A DNA stretch of 64,000 bases, from positions 768,001 through 832,000 of the forward strand of contig CAVXWP010000008.1 of assembly GCA_963765495.1 (NCBI GenBank), given 5' to 3'. Shown here piece after piece: positions 29,530-40,149 of this stretch (position 1 is its first letter; the number at the start of each line of letters is the position of its first letter). Source of the DNA: Blastocatellia bacterium (GTDB taxonomy: Bacteria > Acidobacteriota > Blastocatellia > UBA7656). Below the pieces are notes generated by a model that was given only the letters and a program-made list of their open reading frames with translations, made no database searches and was not told where the DNA came from. Both the position numbers and the translations under genes were made by a program.

Positions 29530-30147
29530 TCAGGTTCCCTGTCTCTCTTCCCACTTTTCGACTTCCTGAATCAGGCGATCAAGGCTTACCACGCTCAAGG
29601 CTATAACAAGATAACCGCTTATGGCGCTTTCCCGTACGCGAAAGGCCGTATAAACGACAAGCGCATAGCGGAGCTCTTCTTTCTCTATGACGAGCGACCT
29701 GACCAGTTGCCCAAGAGTCTCCATGTGCAGGCGTGGAACCGAAAAAGAGACTCTCACTTCAAGCAAATTACCGAATACGCCAAGACAGGCATTTAATAAA
29801 ATATTGCCTACCTCGGTCAGCACTTCCCGCGCCGACTCATTCAATCGGCCCGATTGCACCGCTTCATCGGTCAGCACATCTATGAGCTTGACTGCGCCAT
29901 CATAATTGAGCACCAGCAGGGCGTCTCCGGTCAATGGCCCCGTGAAGACCTGATGCACGCTGGCAAGTTCGGCAGGTAAAAATTCAGAGAGCCTGTTCGA
30001 TAATTCACTGACCGGATAGATCGCGACCATTGGCACATCGAGCACTACGCGGTGCCCGGTCAACTCCGAAAGCGAGGCTGCCGTACGAGAAAAGGCTATG
30101 TTGATCAATTCGGTCAAGGCATCATTTTGACGCTCAGTTAGTTCCAT
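29530..30147 (-). CDS. cheC: CheC-family phosphatase
   Basis: Two ExxN motifs: DALTELINIA and LTEVGNIL. Confidence 0.8.
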   Translation of the reverse strand: MELTERQNDALTELINIAFSRTAASLSELTGHRVVLDVPMVAIYPVSELSNRLSEFLPAELASVHQVFTGPLTGDALLVLNYDGAVKLIDVLTDEAVQSGRLNESAREVLTEVGNILLNACLGVFGNLLEVRVSFSVPRLHMETLGQLVRSLVIEKEELRYALVVYTAFRVRESAISGYLVIALSVVSLDRLIQEVEKWEERQGT

Positions 30148-30514
30148 CTGCGTCCTCCTGAAGTACCTTGTTCACAATGTTCAACACCTTGTCACCGGTA
30201 AAAGGCTTGTTGATAAAGGCGGCAGCGCCCCCTTCTTCGACCATTTCGCGGGTAGAGCTTTGAATATCGGCGCTCGCAACTATGACGCGCGCGCGCGGGT
30301 CCAGTTCGCGCAGCTTGTTCAGCACGTCTATTCCATACATTCCGCTCATCGTAAGGTCAAGGAAAACCAGATCCGGTCTGTCAAGAAAATAGAGTTCGAG
30401 CGCAATAATTCCCTCTTGCGCCTCGGTGATTTGATGTCCGGCAGGTTCGAGGATTTTTCGCAGTGTCCTGCGCGACATCGCGGAATCGTCCACTACAAGG
30501 ATCTTCGCCATCAT
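30134..30514 (-). CDS. Single-domain response regulator (CheY-like)
   Basis: ILVVDDS, FLDLTM and FINKPF motifs; overlaps cheB and cheC. Confidence 0.9.
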   Translation of the reverse strand: MMAKILVVDDSAMSRRTLRKILEPAGHQITEAQEGIIALELYFLDRPDLVFLDLTMSGMYGIDVLNKLRELDPRARVIVASADIQSSTREMVEEGGAAAFINKPFTGDKVLNIVNKVLQEDADGTN

Positions 30515-31554
30515 ATCACCTCAAGGATTGACTCTGCCATTTTATCGAGAGTTACGCTCCTGTCGCTCAAGCCAGCCTCAACTACAGAGAGCGGCATTCC
30601 ATAGACTATACAGGACTGTTCGGCCTCGGTCAGAATAAACCCTCCCTGCGATTTTATCCATGCCGCGCCCTGTTTTCCATCCGATCCCATCCCCGTCATC
30701 ACCACACCTAGAGTACGGCTGGCAAACAGTTCGGCCGCCGACCTGAAAAGCACATCCACCGACGGGCGGTGCGGAGTGTCGAAAGGACGTGCATCCAGAT
30801 GAGCCGTGACCGTGGAGTCCCCCTGACGGAGCATGGTCAGATGGCGTCCGGCAGGCGCAATCAACGCCCTTCCCGCCTCGATCACATCCCCCTGGCGCGC
30901 TTCGCTTACTCTTAGTTGTGACATCTCGTTGAGTTTTTGCGCGTACATTTCGGTATATCCGACAGGCATATGCATAACTATCAGGAGCGGGATTGAAAGA
31001 TCGGCGGGGAGTCGGGGAACCAGATACTTGAGCGCCTGCGGGCCGCCGGTTGATATCCCTAGAACCACGATATCGAAAAGCCCTTTGCGTTCCGGCGCAG
31101 CCGGGGCGGCAATTCTGGGGCCGGGCGCAATCGTAGTCTGCATCCGGGCCATATGAACCTTCGAGGCTGCCTTTACCTTTTCGACCAGTTCGTCGTTTAC
31201 TTCAAATATCTTTTCCGTAGCAAGCGCCGTGGGTTTCTGCACAAAATCGACCGCACCTGCATCAAGCGCATCCAGGGTCAGTTCGCTCCCTTCATTGGCA
31301 ATGCTGACGATAATGATCGGAAGCGGGCGGCGCGACATCTGCTCTCGCACAAAGCCAACCCCGTCCATCACGGGCATTATTAAATCGCAGGTGACGACAT
31401 CCGGGCGCAGTTTTTCAACCATCTCAAGTGCTTCCTCTCCGTCACGCGCTGCGCCCACAACCTCAATGAAAGGGCTGCGAGAAAGCATCTGTTTTATGAC
31501 CTTTCGCACGTATGCCGAATCATCAACAACTAGAACCTTTACCAATTGATCCAT
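30511..31554 (-). CDS. cheB: Chemotaxis methylesterase with REC domain
   Basis: REC N-terminus; GISTGGP, MHMP and TGMGSDG catalytic motifs. Confidence 0.95.
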   Translation of the reverse strand: MDQLVKVLVVDDSAYVRKVIKQMLSRSPFIEVVGAARDGEEALEMVEKLRPDVVTCDLIMPVMDGVGFVREQMSRRPLPIIIVSIANEGSELTLDALDAGAVDFVQKPTALATEKIFEVNDELVEKVKAASKVHMARMQTTIAPGPRIAAPAAPERKGLFDIVVLGISTGGPQALKYLVPRLPADLSIPLLIVMHMPVGYTEMYAQKLNEMSQLRVSEARQGDVIEAGRALIAPAGRHLTMLRQGDSTVTAHLDARPFDTPHRPSVDVLFRSAAELFASRTLGVVMTGMGSDGKQGAAWIKSQGGFILTEAEQSCIVYGMPLSVVEAGLSDRSVTLDKMAESILEVI

Positions 31555-31650
31555 AATAATCCTGTAAACCTTGTTAATCGCGGGCTAATTATCTCTCGTT
31601 CATCACCCGTCACGCTTTTCTTCATCTGTACCAAACATACAAGCTCTGAT

Positions 31651-32490
31651 TTAGCTCTTTACATACACAAACGCTCCGCCGATCTCTTGAAATTGAAACG
31701 CCGATGTCAATCTCAGCAATGATTCCGATGCGGCGACAAACAGGTATCCCGGCCGGGGCATACGGTCGGCAAAAAATCTTACGGCCCTTTGTATCGTGTC
31801 ATCTGAGAAATAGATAAACACATTACGGCAGAAGATGAACGGCGCGGTCGCAAAACTCCTGATTTCGGATTCTTCCATCAAATTGGCATTCGCCCATCTG
31901 ATCTTTGCATGCAGATCAGGCGCGACTCGCCACTTCCCCTGCTCCTCGGTGAAGTATTTTTCGCGCAGGTTTTGCGGAAGATTTCTGAACGAGCGGTCAC
32001 GGTAAAGACCGCATCGCGCCCGCTCTATTGCTGCCACGCTTGCATCGCTCGCAGAGATTTCAATCGCGACACGGTCGAACCAGCCCTTTTCGTTGAGAGC
32101 CATCGCTATGCTCAACGGTTCTTCACCCGTGGCGCAGGCGGCGCTCCAGATTCGCAAAGGCTTCTGATTGCCGGATGAAAGATAGTTCGGAACCAGTTCA
32201 TTGACAAGCGCGTGAATCTGATCCATCTCCCTCCAGAAAAAGGTCTCCTGGACCGAAAGCGCATCGAGAACGCGTTTCCATTCTCGTTCTGCCTCGACAT
32301 CGTATTTTAGCAAATAGTAATAATCCAGAAATGATTTGAATCCACGTTCGACAACCAGAGGAGAGAGCTTATCCGAGAGCAGATCGCTCTTGCCGTTTTC
32401 GTAAAACAACCCCGTCCGCTCGTGAATCAAATCACGAATGAGCGCGAACGCGCTATCGCTCAACCCTAATGTTTCTGCGTAGAAAGTCAT
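31651..32490 (-). CDS. cheR: Chemotaxis methyltransferase
   Basis: ETFFWRE, RIWSAACATGEEP and FCRNVFIYF motifs. Confidence 0.93.
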   Translation of the reverse strand: MTFYAETLGLSDSAFALIRDLIHERTGLFYENGKSDLLSDKLSPLVVERGFKSFLDYYYLLKYDVEAEREWKRVLDALSVQETFFWREMDQIHALVNELVPNYLSSGNQKPLRIWSAACATGEEPLSIAMALNEKGWFDRVAIEISASDASVAAIERARCGLYRDRSFRNLPQNLREKYFTEEQGKWRVAPDLHAKIRWANANLMEESEIRSFATAPFIFCRNVFIYFSDDTIQRAVRFFADRMPRPGYLFVAASESLLRLTSAFQFQEIGGAFVYVKS

Positions 32491-32497
32491 AAGAAAT

Positions 32498-32528
32498 CAG
32501 TATGCAGTAAGCAGTAGGCAGCAGGCAG
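32498..32528. repeat. Degenerate heptamer array (CAGTADG)n
   Basis: CAGTATG CAGTAAG CAGTAGG CAGCAGG CAG; complementary CTGCCTACT at 32661-32669. Confidence 0.6.
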
Positions 32529-32664
32529 TGCAGAAATCGGATGTCTTGATGTCAGCACTTCTCTGATAAGCGAAAATCCTTTGCATCTGCGTAATCCTTT
32601 AATTATTACTGCTGCGATAATCGCGCAGCCCATTATTTACTGGCGAGCGTCCCTTCAAAACTGC

Positions 32665-35391
32665 CTACTTTTTCAATGCTTTTTGCGCGGCGCGGCGCAC
32701 AGATACGTCCGGGTCTGTGCGAAACAGCCGAAGGAGAGTCCTTTCGTCTGTGCGGTTTCCCAGGTGGGCCAGCGCGTTTATCGCTGCCAGTCGGACAGTC
32801 GGGTCCTCATCACCAAGAGCCTTGTTTAGCTGCTCGGAGGCAAGCGGATGTTTCATCCGCCCTAACACATCCACTACGGCTCGTCGCGCGCCCGGTTGCA
32901 CGTGCGTCAGCCCCTGGCCTACGAGGGCGATCTTCTGATGGCTGAGTTGCGAAAGGGCTTCGATGCTTGCCTCCCGGCGCGTGGAATCCGCCGTTAGATT
33001 GATTAGCGCGGCGACTGCTTCGGGCGTAGCCAAATGCGCCAGGGCATCAATAGCGGCCTGCGCGATGTTTGAGTCAGGGTCGGCAGCCGCTGTCCACTGT
33101 AAGGCATTTATTACTTCTCTTTCGCCGCGCAACCCAAGCGCGTTTATAGCCTCGATTCGCCGCCCGGCTTCCGACGATTTCAGAGCCTCAAACAAGGGAG
33201 GAAGCGCGCTCGAATGGCTGATCTTTCCAAGCGATCTCATTGCCGCGCGCGCAAGATCGGAATCCGGGCTTTCGACAAACGATTCAAGAACGGCTACGGT
33301 TTGCCGCTCATTGATCTTTCCAAGCGAATCAATAGCCGCGATTCTTACCTGGCTTGCGGCATCTGTCCTGGCCAGTTCGGCCAGCGGCTCAAGGCTCTCG
33401 CTGTACCCGTGATGACCTATCGAGCGAACGGCGAAGTATCGCACCCACGAGTCGGAATCGCTCAGGGCCGCAAGCAAAGAGGGCCACGCGGCTTCGGACT
33501 CAACCTGCGCGAATGCGCCTGCGGCTGTGGCACGTACCCGGGGAACGCCATTCTCTATCGCATCAACCAGCGTAGGAATAACCCGATCATCTTCGAGAAA
33601 TGGGATGTGTTCAATTGCGGCGCAGCGTACGCTTTCCTCCTCATCCAGACAGCGTTCAATAAGCAAATCCGCGCATTCGGCATAACCGAAATACCCCGCG
33701 ATTCTAACGGCAGATTCACGAATACGCGGATCGGGATCATTCAATAGTTGTACCGCCCGGCTGCTCATATCGGGGTGTCCAAGAGAGTTTATAGCCGCGA
33801 TGGCGGCCTGTCGCACCGAGGCATCATTGTGGCCAAGCAGATCGAGCAATACTTCGAAAGCGCGTCGGTCCCCGATCTTTCCGAGCGCACCCGAGGCTAC
33901 TATTGCAAGTTCATCATCCTCGGTCAGCGCCTTAACGAGCGCCGGGACGGCCTGCGCATCGCCGATACGTCCGAGCGCGATGACAGCGGCCTTGCGCGTA
34001 GCGGGGTCTTCGGCATCAAGTTGCTCAATCAGCAACCGGGTCACGCGCTCGCCATAACGCACGAGAGCCTCTACGACTTCCTTGCGAGCCGTTGACTGGC
34101 CGAGCAAACCGACGAGAGCGCGTTCAACGGCCTCCCCTTCCAGCCACCCTATTACCAGCGCAAGCGCCCGCAGGTCGTCGCCCGACGTATCATCCATCGC
34201 CTTGAGCAGATTTTTTACCCCTACCTCATCGATTGCTTTGCGAGCGAGTTCGGCAATGTAGGGGCCTTCCTGATAGGACCTTTCGTAGCGGTCATACAAT
34301 GCGGCGAGCGCGCCTGCCACGACCAGCGCGGGCCCGCCCTCGGTGTTGAGAATCGAGGCCAGCGGGGCAACGACCTCTTCGTCTCCCAGATGACCAAGCG
34401 CTTCGGAGGCGGGAGAGCGCAATAATTCATCCTTTAACAAAGGGACCAGTCGCGGGGCGATCTCAGACGCGCCGATAGCCACGAGAGCATCGAGCGCGGG
34501 AAAAGCAAGAAAGAAATCCCCCGACTCGGCCATTGTAGCTATTGCGTCTGCCGCCTCAAGAGCGCGAAACTTTCCGAGCGCCTCTATGGCGTGATAACGA
34601 ACATTCACGCTCTCATCGGCAAGCGCCCCGATCAGAACGGGAATTGCGCGGGGGTCGTGCTGGTCTCCAAGCGCGTGCGTGGCATAGATTCGCAGATCAA
34701 CATCCTGATCACTCAGGAAATTTGAAAGCGGCTCAATGGCATCGACACCGCTCAGGGCGAGAACCTGTAGCGCGCTGTTGAGAACGCTCGGGTCGCGGTG
34801 CTGATCGCGCAAGGCCCGCACGAGTATGTCCACCTCTTCCACCCCGGCCTTGCGAGCAAGCCCGTCAACTACGGTCCTGCGAACCCGCCAGCTTTCATCG
34901 CCAAGCGAGCCCGCCAGTTCCTGAGATGATGAGCGCGCTTCTTCCTCGGCGAGAAGCTGCGCCGCCCGAAGTCGCGTAGGCTCATCCTCGCTCGAAAGCT
35001 GCTCGGCAAGATCGCGCTCGTGGTCAAGGCGAGCGGTGACATCTTCAATCGTCACGATTGTGCCGACTACCGCTTCGTTTTCGCGCAGGGGAGAGATCGT
35101 TACGCGCTGCTGCATTTTGTCGAAGCGCTTTGAAGGCTTCCCGGGAGCGCAGGGAATCAGATAATGGTGAAAGGCTGGTGAAAGTATCTCGACGATGCCC
35201 CGCACAATCACACGCTCGAATCGAGCAAGCATTCCGCGCGATTCGAGGTCCGGGAAGAGAGATTGAATCGGTTTCCCGCACGCATCCTCCGTGACGATGC
35301 CTGTGACAGTAATCAGCCATCCATCCCAGGAGCGTATGACAAGGTTTGCATCTGTCGTGAAAATACCTACCGTTTGCTCGATAAAGGACAT
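32665..35391 (-). CDS. PAS domain fused to a long HEAT/PBS-lyase repeat array (Cpc7-like)
   Basis: N-terminal ~125 aa PAS-like segment, then many L.D....VR..A..ALG repeats to the C-terminus. Confidence 0.88.
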   Translation of the reverse strand: MSFIEQTVGIFTTDANLVIRSWDGWLITVTGIVTEDACGKPIQSLFPDLESRGMLARFERVIVRGIVEILSPAFHHYLIPCAPGKPSKRFDKMQQRVTISPLRENEAVVGTIVTIEDVTARLDHERDLAEQLSSEDEPTRLRAAQLLAEEEARSSSQELAGSLGDESWRVRRTVVDGLARKAGVEEVDILVRALRDQHRDPSVLNSALQVLALSGVDAIEPLSNFLSDQDVDLRIYATHALGDQHDPRAIPVLIGALADESVNVRYHAIEALGKFRALEAADAIATMAESGDFFLAFPALDALVAIGASEIAPRLVPLLKDELLRSPASEALGHLGDEEVVAPLASILNTEGGPALVVAGALAALYDRYERSYQEGPYIAELARKAIDEVGVKNLLKAMDDTSGDDLRALALVIGWLEGEAVERALVGLLGQSTARKEVVEALVRYGERVTRLLIEQLDAEDPATRKAAVIALGRIGDAQAVPALVKALTEDDELAIVASGALGKIGDRRAFEVLLDLLGHNDASVRQAAIAAINSLGHPDMSSRAVQLLNDPDPRIRESAVRIAGYFGYAECADLLIERCLDEEESVRCAAIEHIPFLEDDRVIPTLVDAIENGVPRVRATAAGAFAQVESEAAWPSLLAALSDSDSWVRYFAVRSIGHHGYSESLEPLAELARTDAASQVRIAAIDSLGKINERQTVAVLESFVESPDSDLARAAMRSLGKISHSSALPPLFEALKSSEAGRRIEAINALGLRGEREVINALQWTAAADPDSNIAQAAIDALAHLATPEAVAALINLTADSTRREASIEALSQLSHQKIALVGQGLTHVQPGARRAVVDVLGRMKHPLASEQLNKALGDEDPTVRLAAINALAHLGNRTDERTLLRLFRTDPDVSVRRAAQKALKK

Positions 35392-35462
35392 AGTGGCCCC
35401 AGAAATAATTCAACCCTCGGATTCTTTGATCCACTTCAAACAGAGTCGCCCGAAAGACGCGG

Positions 35463-37565
35463 CTACTTCCCGGATTTCTTTTTGCCTTTTTTGCCGCCGC
35501 GCCCGTTACCTGAAAGCGTCTCAACAATGGAATTCAAGGCCTGTGCTCGTTCGAGCAGGCTTTCTGTTCCGCGAAGTGTCTCTTTGACTCCCCTGGCGTT
35601 GCGTTCGGTGATCTGACGAATATCGGAAAGCCCGGCAAATATCGCGTCCGAAGCGACGAGGTTTTCGCGGCTTGTTCGCGTGACCATGCCGATCTGCTTG
35701 GATACGTTTCGCGAGGCATCGGACAACTCCTTTACGGCTCGCGTCTGTTCGCTCATGGCCTTTGCTATCTGATCGGTTTGCACTCGCATGTTCTCAGTCG
35801 AAGCCGATATTTGCCCGGCTGCGCTGGCCTGCTCCCTCATGGCATTGCTTATATTTTTTATCATCGCGGCAAGTCGTTGTGCCTCTGTTGAGACTTGATC
35901 GCTTGCGCTTGTTTGCTCCGAAAGCGCCCGCGAGGATGAGATTGCGCCTCGTCGCATGGATTCGACCGCCTGAGAAATCTGCCCGGCTGCGCTGGCCTGT
36001 TCCGAAGAGGCATTGCGCACCTGAAGGGCTATCGAAGTCGTGCTTTGAGCGGCCTTGATAAGCTCGCGCGCGGCTCGTCCCTGCTCGTTCATCGCTTGAG
36101 AGACCTGCTGGGCCGTCTTTCGCATCGCCGAGGTCGCCTGGACTATTGTCTCTATGGTCTTGGCCTGTTCGGCAGTTGCATGAGCCACCTGTTTGGATTG
36201 GGTAGCGGTCTGGGTGATAGCGGTTACCACGGTTTGCCCCGCGCTCAATTGCTCATCGCTTGCGCGGGCGATTTGAGAGACGATCCTTGTCGTTTCCTCA
36301 ACGCCTGAGAGTATCTTCCTCAATCCGGCAGCCCCTTCTTCGGCCAGGCGGCTGCTTTCATCAGCTACGCGAAGCCCGTCATTTGAGGAAGTCACCGCCT
36401 CCTGAGCCACATCCTGCAATGCCTTTATGATCGCGCCGATGTCTGCGGTCGCGCGGGCCGAGCGGTCTGCCAGGTTGCGAATCTCTTCGGCCACCACGCT
36501 GAAGCCACGTCCCGCTTCCCCTGCGCGGGCTGCCTCTATTGAGGCGTTGAGCGATAACAAATTTGTGCGTTCGGCAATCAGGTTGATCGTGTCCACGATG
36601 CTTGTAATCTCGCTTGCGCGGCGGCCCATCTCTCGAATCACGGTTGCCGATTGCGCCATAGAATCTCGAACCCGTCCCAGCCCCTGAATCGACCTCTGCA
36701 CGGTTGCGCCCCCTTCTTCGGCATCACGCGCCATGCGAGCGGTAGTCTCATCCGCCTTCTTGACGAGAGCCACGACCGAGTGAGTAGAGCGATCCATCTG
36801 TTCGGCGCTGGATGCCGCGCCGACTGCCGCCTCGGTGATCTTTTCGGCATTTTGCGCCACGCCCTGAATCGAACGCGCCATCTCTTCAATCGAACTGGAA
36901 AGCTGCTCGACCGAGCTCGCAAGATTTTCGGCTATCGCTGTCACCTCTTCGATGGACGCGCCCATCTCGTTTACTGATGATGCGGTCTGTTCGGCGGCGG
37001 CGCTCAGATCATCGGCATTCGACGAGATGCCTTGAATCGACCGCGTCATCTCTTCGATAGCGGAGGCGCTCTCGTCAACCGAAGCGGCGAGCGCGAGGGT
37101 GTCGTCGTTCACGCTCTTTATCGATCCGGCGATTTCGTGCATCGAGGCTGTAACCTGCTCGCTCGATACGGCCATCTCTTCGGTAGTTGTCGCCACGCTC
37201 TGGATCGAAGAGATATTTTCCTTTATAGAGGTTGCCGTCTGCACTACCGACGAACCGAGACTCACGGTGTTTGCTGTGATCTGCTCGATAGAGGCGGCCA
37301 GTTCAGTTGCGGTGGAGGCGAGTTGTTCGCTTGAGGCGGCGACCGATTCGGCCTGCGCTGTGATCTCTTTCAAGGAAGCAGCCATCTGATTGGCGGTACT
37401 CACCGCCCCGTCGAGAGAGCGAATCTGGGTTTCCGCGCCCTCAGCAACCCGGTCGGCAGTGCTCGATATTTCACTGGCGGCGCTCACTATCTGCTCCGTC
37501 TCTTCGCGCACGCGCTTTATTCCTTTTGCCGATCCTGCGTCTTCGCGGCCCAATTGAGCTGCCAT
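35463..37565 (-). CDS. Soluble methyl-accepting chemotaxis protein with no sensor domain
   Basis: [37 protein letters not shown] tip at mid-protein; no TM segment; start at MAAQLG with a GGAGG RBS. Confidence 0.92.
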   Translation of the reverse strand: MAAQLGREDAGSAKGIKRVREETEQIVSAASEISSTADRVAEGAETQIRSLDGAVSTANQMAASLKEITAQAESVAASSEQLASTATELAASIEQITANTVSLGSSVVQTATSIKENISSIQSVATTTEEMAVSSEQVTASMHEIAGSIKSVNDDTLALAASVDESASAIEEMTRSIQGISSNADDLSAAAEQTASSVNEMGASIEEVTAIAENLASSVEQLSSSIEEMARSIQGVAQNAEKITEAAVGAASSAEQMDRSTHSVVALVKKADETTARMARDAEEGGATVQRSIQGLGRVRDSMAQSATVIREMGRRASEITSIVDTINLIAERTNLLSLNASIEAARAGEAGRGFSVVAEEIRNLADRSARATADIGAIIKALQDVAQEAVTSSNDGLRVADESSRLAEEGAAGLRKILSGVEETTRIVSQIARASDEQLSAGQTVVTAITQTATQSKQVAHATAEQAKTIETIVQATSAMRKTAQQVSQAMNEQGRAARELIKAAQSTTSIALQVRNASSEQASAAGQISQAVESMRRGAISSSRALSEQTSASDQVSTEAQRLAAMIKNISNAMREQASAAGQISASTENMRVQTDQIAKAMSEQTRAVKELSDASRNVSKQIGMVTRTSRENLVASDAIFAGLSDIRQITERNARGVKETLRGTESLLERAQALNSIVETLSGNGRGGKKGKKKSGK

Positions 37566-37581
37566 TAGAATTTCCTCCCGG

Positions 37582-38064
37582 TTATGTAGTTTCCGGCACG
37601 ACCAGAGCGGTATCTGCCAGATCAATTATCTCTTCCACATTCAGTATCAAGACTATCCGTTGGGTGAGCGTCGCTATACTCTCAAGGTACTTCCCCTTAA
37701 GCCCGGAGATTGCCTCGCCGGGCGGTTGGATCGCGTTTGCGGGGATAGAGACGAATTCGCGGGCGGAATCGACTATCAGACCTATCACGCGGTTCTCGAC
37801 GGTTACGATGATCAAACGTGTTCGCAGGTCATAGGCAATCTTCTCAAATCCGAATCTGACGCGGAGGTTGATCGCTGGAATGACCTGCCCGCGCGAAAAG
37901 ATCACACCTTCGACGGCTGACGGCGCGTTTGGGACCGGCGTTATATGCTCTACCAGTTCCACTTTCTGCACCGCCTGGCTTCGCACGCCGTAGGTAGTGC
38001 CGGCCAGTTCAAAAAGGATGAAAGATTCCGATGAGGTTTGACTGGTCGCTTCTGTCTCTACCAT
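37582..38064 (-). CDS. cheW: Chemotaxis coupling protein
   Basis: [26 protein letters not shown] and GLIVD motifs. Confidence 0.93.
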   Translation of the reverse strand: MVETEATSQTSSESFILFELAGTTYGVRSQAVQKVELVEHITPVPNAPSAVEGVIFSRGQVIPAINLRVRFGFEKIAYDLRTRLIIVTVENRVIGLIVDSAREFVSIPANAIQPPGEAISGLKGKYLESIATLTQRIVLILNVEEIIDLADTALVVPETT

Positions 38065-38090
38065 GAGTAATCTCGCAAATAAAGAAGGTT

Positions 38091-40139
38091 TTACGGCAAT
38101 CCGGTTTCGACTATCCCGCTTGTTCGATTTAAGGGTCGCATCATTGCAGCGGCCGGGCGTATTCGAGTCAGCGCCGCCGCATCCAGAATCAGCACAACAC
38201 GGCCATCGCCAAGTTCGGTTGCACCCGCAAAACCCGGTATTTGTATCAACGGGTCGTTTATGGCTCGAACTACGATCTCGCGCTGGCCCAGTATGCGATC
38301 CACGGCGATGGCAACGGCGTTTAATCCCTTACCGACGACGAAAGCATGAAAGGCTCGATCATATTCTTTGTCAAGACCGAAGAGGCGAGAGAGGCGAATA
38401 ATAGGAAGAACGCCTCCGCGATGGGTGATGACCTCGTTGTTTTCAAATGCCTTCACCGATGCGGAATCAATTTCGATGACTTCACTGGCTGAAGATTGCG
38501 GGACGGCAAATCTCTGACCGCCTGCCGAAACGATGAGCGCATCGGCAATAGCGAGCGTGATCGGCAACTGTATGGTAAAGCGAGTGCCACGCCCTTCCTG
38601 CGAGTCCAGGGTGAGCGCCCCGCCCAGACCCAGTACGCTCCTTTGCACCACGGCCATCCCCACTCCGCGACCGCTTGCCCGATCCGCTTCTTCGCGGGTT
38701 GAAAAGCCCGGCGAGCAGATCAGATCGAGAAGGGCCCGATCATCAAGGCTTGTGTTTTCTCCGATGAGACCCATTCCTTTTGCTCGCTCGGCGACCCGGT
38801 TTCGGTCAATGCCACGCCCGTCGTCTTCAACTTCGATCATCACCATCTCGGCCGAGGTATAGGCGCGCAAAACAATATTGCCTTCCAGCGGCTTGCCCAG
38901 TTGCTGGCGCTCGCCGGGCGATTCAAGACCGTGGCTGATTGCATTTCGTACCAGGTGAAGAAGCGGGTCCATCATCCGCTCTATCAAGAGCTTGTCAATC
39001 TCTGTCTCCTGTCCTCTCAGTTCAAGCCTGACGCCTTTCTGATATTCGCGCGACAGATCACGCACGACAAACCGCATCCGCTCGAATATCTCGCCCACGG
39101 GCACCATCCGCACACGCATAACCCCTTCGCGCAAATCACGAAGCTGGCGCCCCATAACCTGGTTTGTCTCGAACAGAGCGCGCCAGCGCGGGGCAGGAAT
39201 CTCCGTCTCGGCATCCTTCAGCGTATCTTCAAGACGGGCGCGGCTGATGACAAGATCTCCAACCATTCGCATCAAATCGTCGAGCCTCGATAGATTTACC
39301 CGCACTACATTCGAGGGGGCGAAGACTTGCGAACCCTTGTGCGAGGCCGACTCCGGTTTGTCGGGGTTGGGAAGTGTTTCAGGGACCGGGACGGGCTCGT
39401 CGAAGAGTTCGAAAGTCACCCCTTCTTCGCCCAGAGATGCGAATGAGGATTCATCTGCGCGGCTCGATACTATAAACTCAAAAGCGATGCCGCCTCCGGC
39501 AAGAACGCGCGGAGAACTGCTTCTCAATTCCCCCGCTTCCTGCAACCGCGCGCGGATGGAATTGACATTGACCCCGCGTTCGGCAAGCTGCGGCGTAGGT
39601 ATGAATTCAAAACGCCAGACCTTCGCAGCATCATGTTCTATAGCTTCAGTCGGCTTATGACCCACTGAGGCTATCGGATCGGCGGTAGCAATTGGAGAAT
39701 TCGAGTTATCGTTTTGCTCGTATTGTGAAATTATCGATTGAAGCTCGGAGATCACGGCAGCGATGTCGGGCATCGGCTGCTGCTCTCGCCGCGCGGAAAT
39801 GACCTGCTCAAGCATCTTTGTGCCCGAGATTAGCCCTTCCAATCCCTCCTCCGTAAGCCGCGCCTCTCCCTGACGCAGGATCCGAAGATAGGACTCCATC
39901 TCGTGCGCAAGCCGTTCGGCCTCACGTACTCCGACCATCCCCGATATTCCCTTTAGTGAATGGAACGAGCGAAAGAGTTCTTCGAGCAGATCGCGGTCAA
40001 TCGGTTCTTTATTGACGAAGCGTTCGAGCGCGAGCAGATCGCGCCTCAGCGCGGTCAGATGTTCTTCGCTCTCGGCGAAAAAATCGTCGAGGAATTCGGC
40101 AAAAAAACCTTCGTTGGTTTCTTGTTCAGAGATAGACAA
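38091..40139 (-). CDS. cheA: Chemotaxis histidine kinase (P1-P5, no REC)
   Basis: FRSFHSLKG Hpt, RMVPV, HLVRNAISHG, DDGRG, GFST and SGRGVGM motifs, with a C-terminal CheW domain. Confidence 0.96.
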   Translation of the reverse strand: MSISEQETNEGFFAEFLDDFFAESEEHLTALRRDLLALERFVNKEPIDRDLLEELFRSFHSLKGISGMVGVREAERLAHEMESYLRILRQGEARLTEEGLEGLISGTKMLEQVISARREQQPMPDIAAVISELQSIISQYEQNDNSNSPIATADPIASVGHKPTEAIEHDAAKVWRFEFIPTPQLAERGVNVNSIRARLQEAGELRSSSPRVLAGGGIAFEFIVSSRADESSFASLGEEGVTFELFDEPVPVPETLPNPDKPESASHKGSQVFAPSNVVRVNLSRLDDLMRMVGDLVISRARLEDTLKDAETEIPAPRWRALFETNQVMGRQLRDLREGVMRVRMVPVGEIFERMRFVVRDLSREYQKGVRLELRGQETEIDKLLIERMMDPLLHLVRNAISHGLESPGERQQLGKPLEGNIVLRAYTSAEMVMIEVEDDGRGIDRNRVAERAKGMGLIGENTSLDDRALLDLICSPGFSTREEADRASGRGVGMAVVQRSVLGLGGALTLDSQEGRGTRFTIQLPITLAIADALIVSAGGQRFAVPQSSASEVIEIDSASVKAFENNEVITHRGGVLPIIRLSRLFGLDKEYDRAFHAFVVGKGLNAVAIAVDRILGQREIVVRAINDPLIQIPGFAGATELGDGRVVLILDAAALTRIRPAAAMMRPLNRTSGIVETGLP

Positions 40140-40149
40140 GGCGGTGTCC

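Noticed and set aside
37566-37625. Longer MCP start overlapping cheW
   Set aside because: The ATG at 37565 has a good RBS and avoids a 44-bp overlap.
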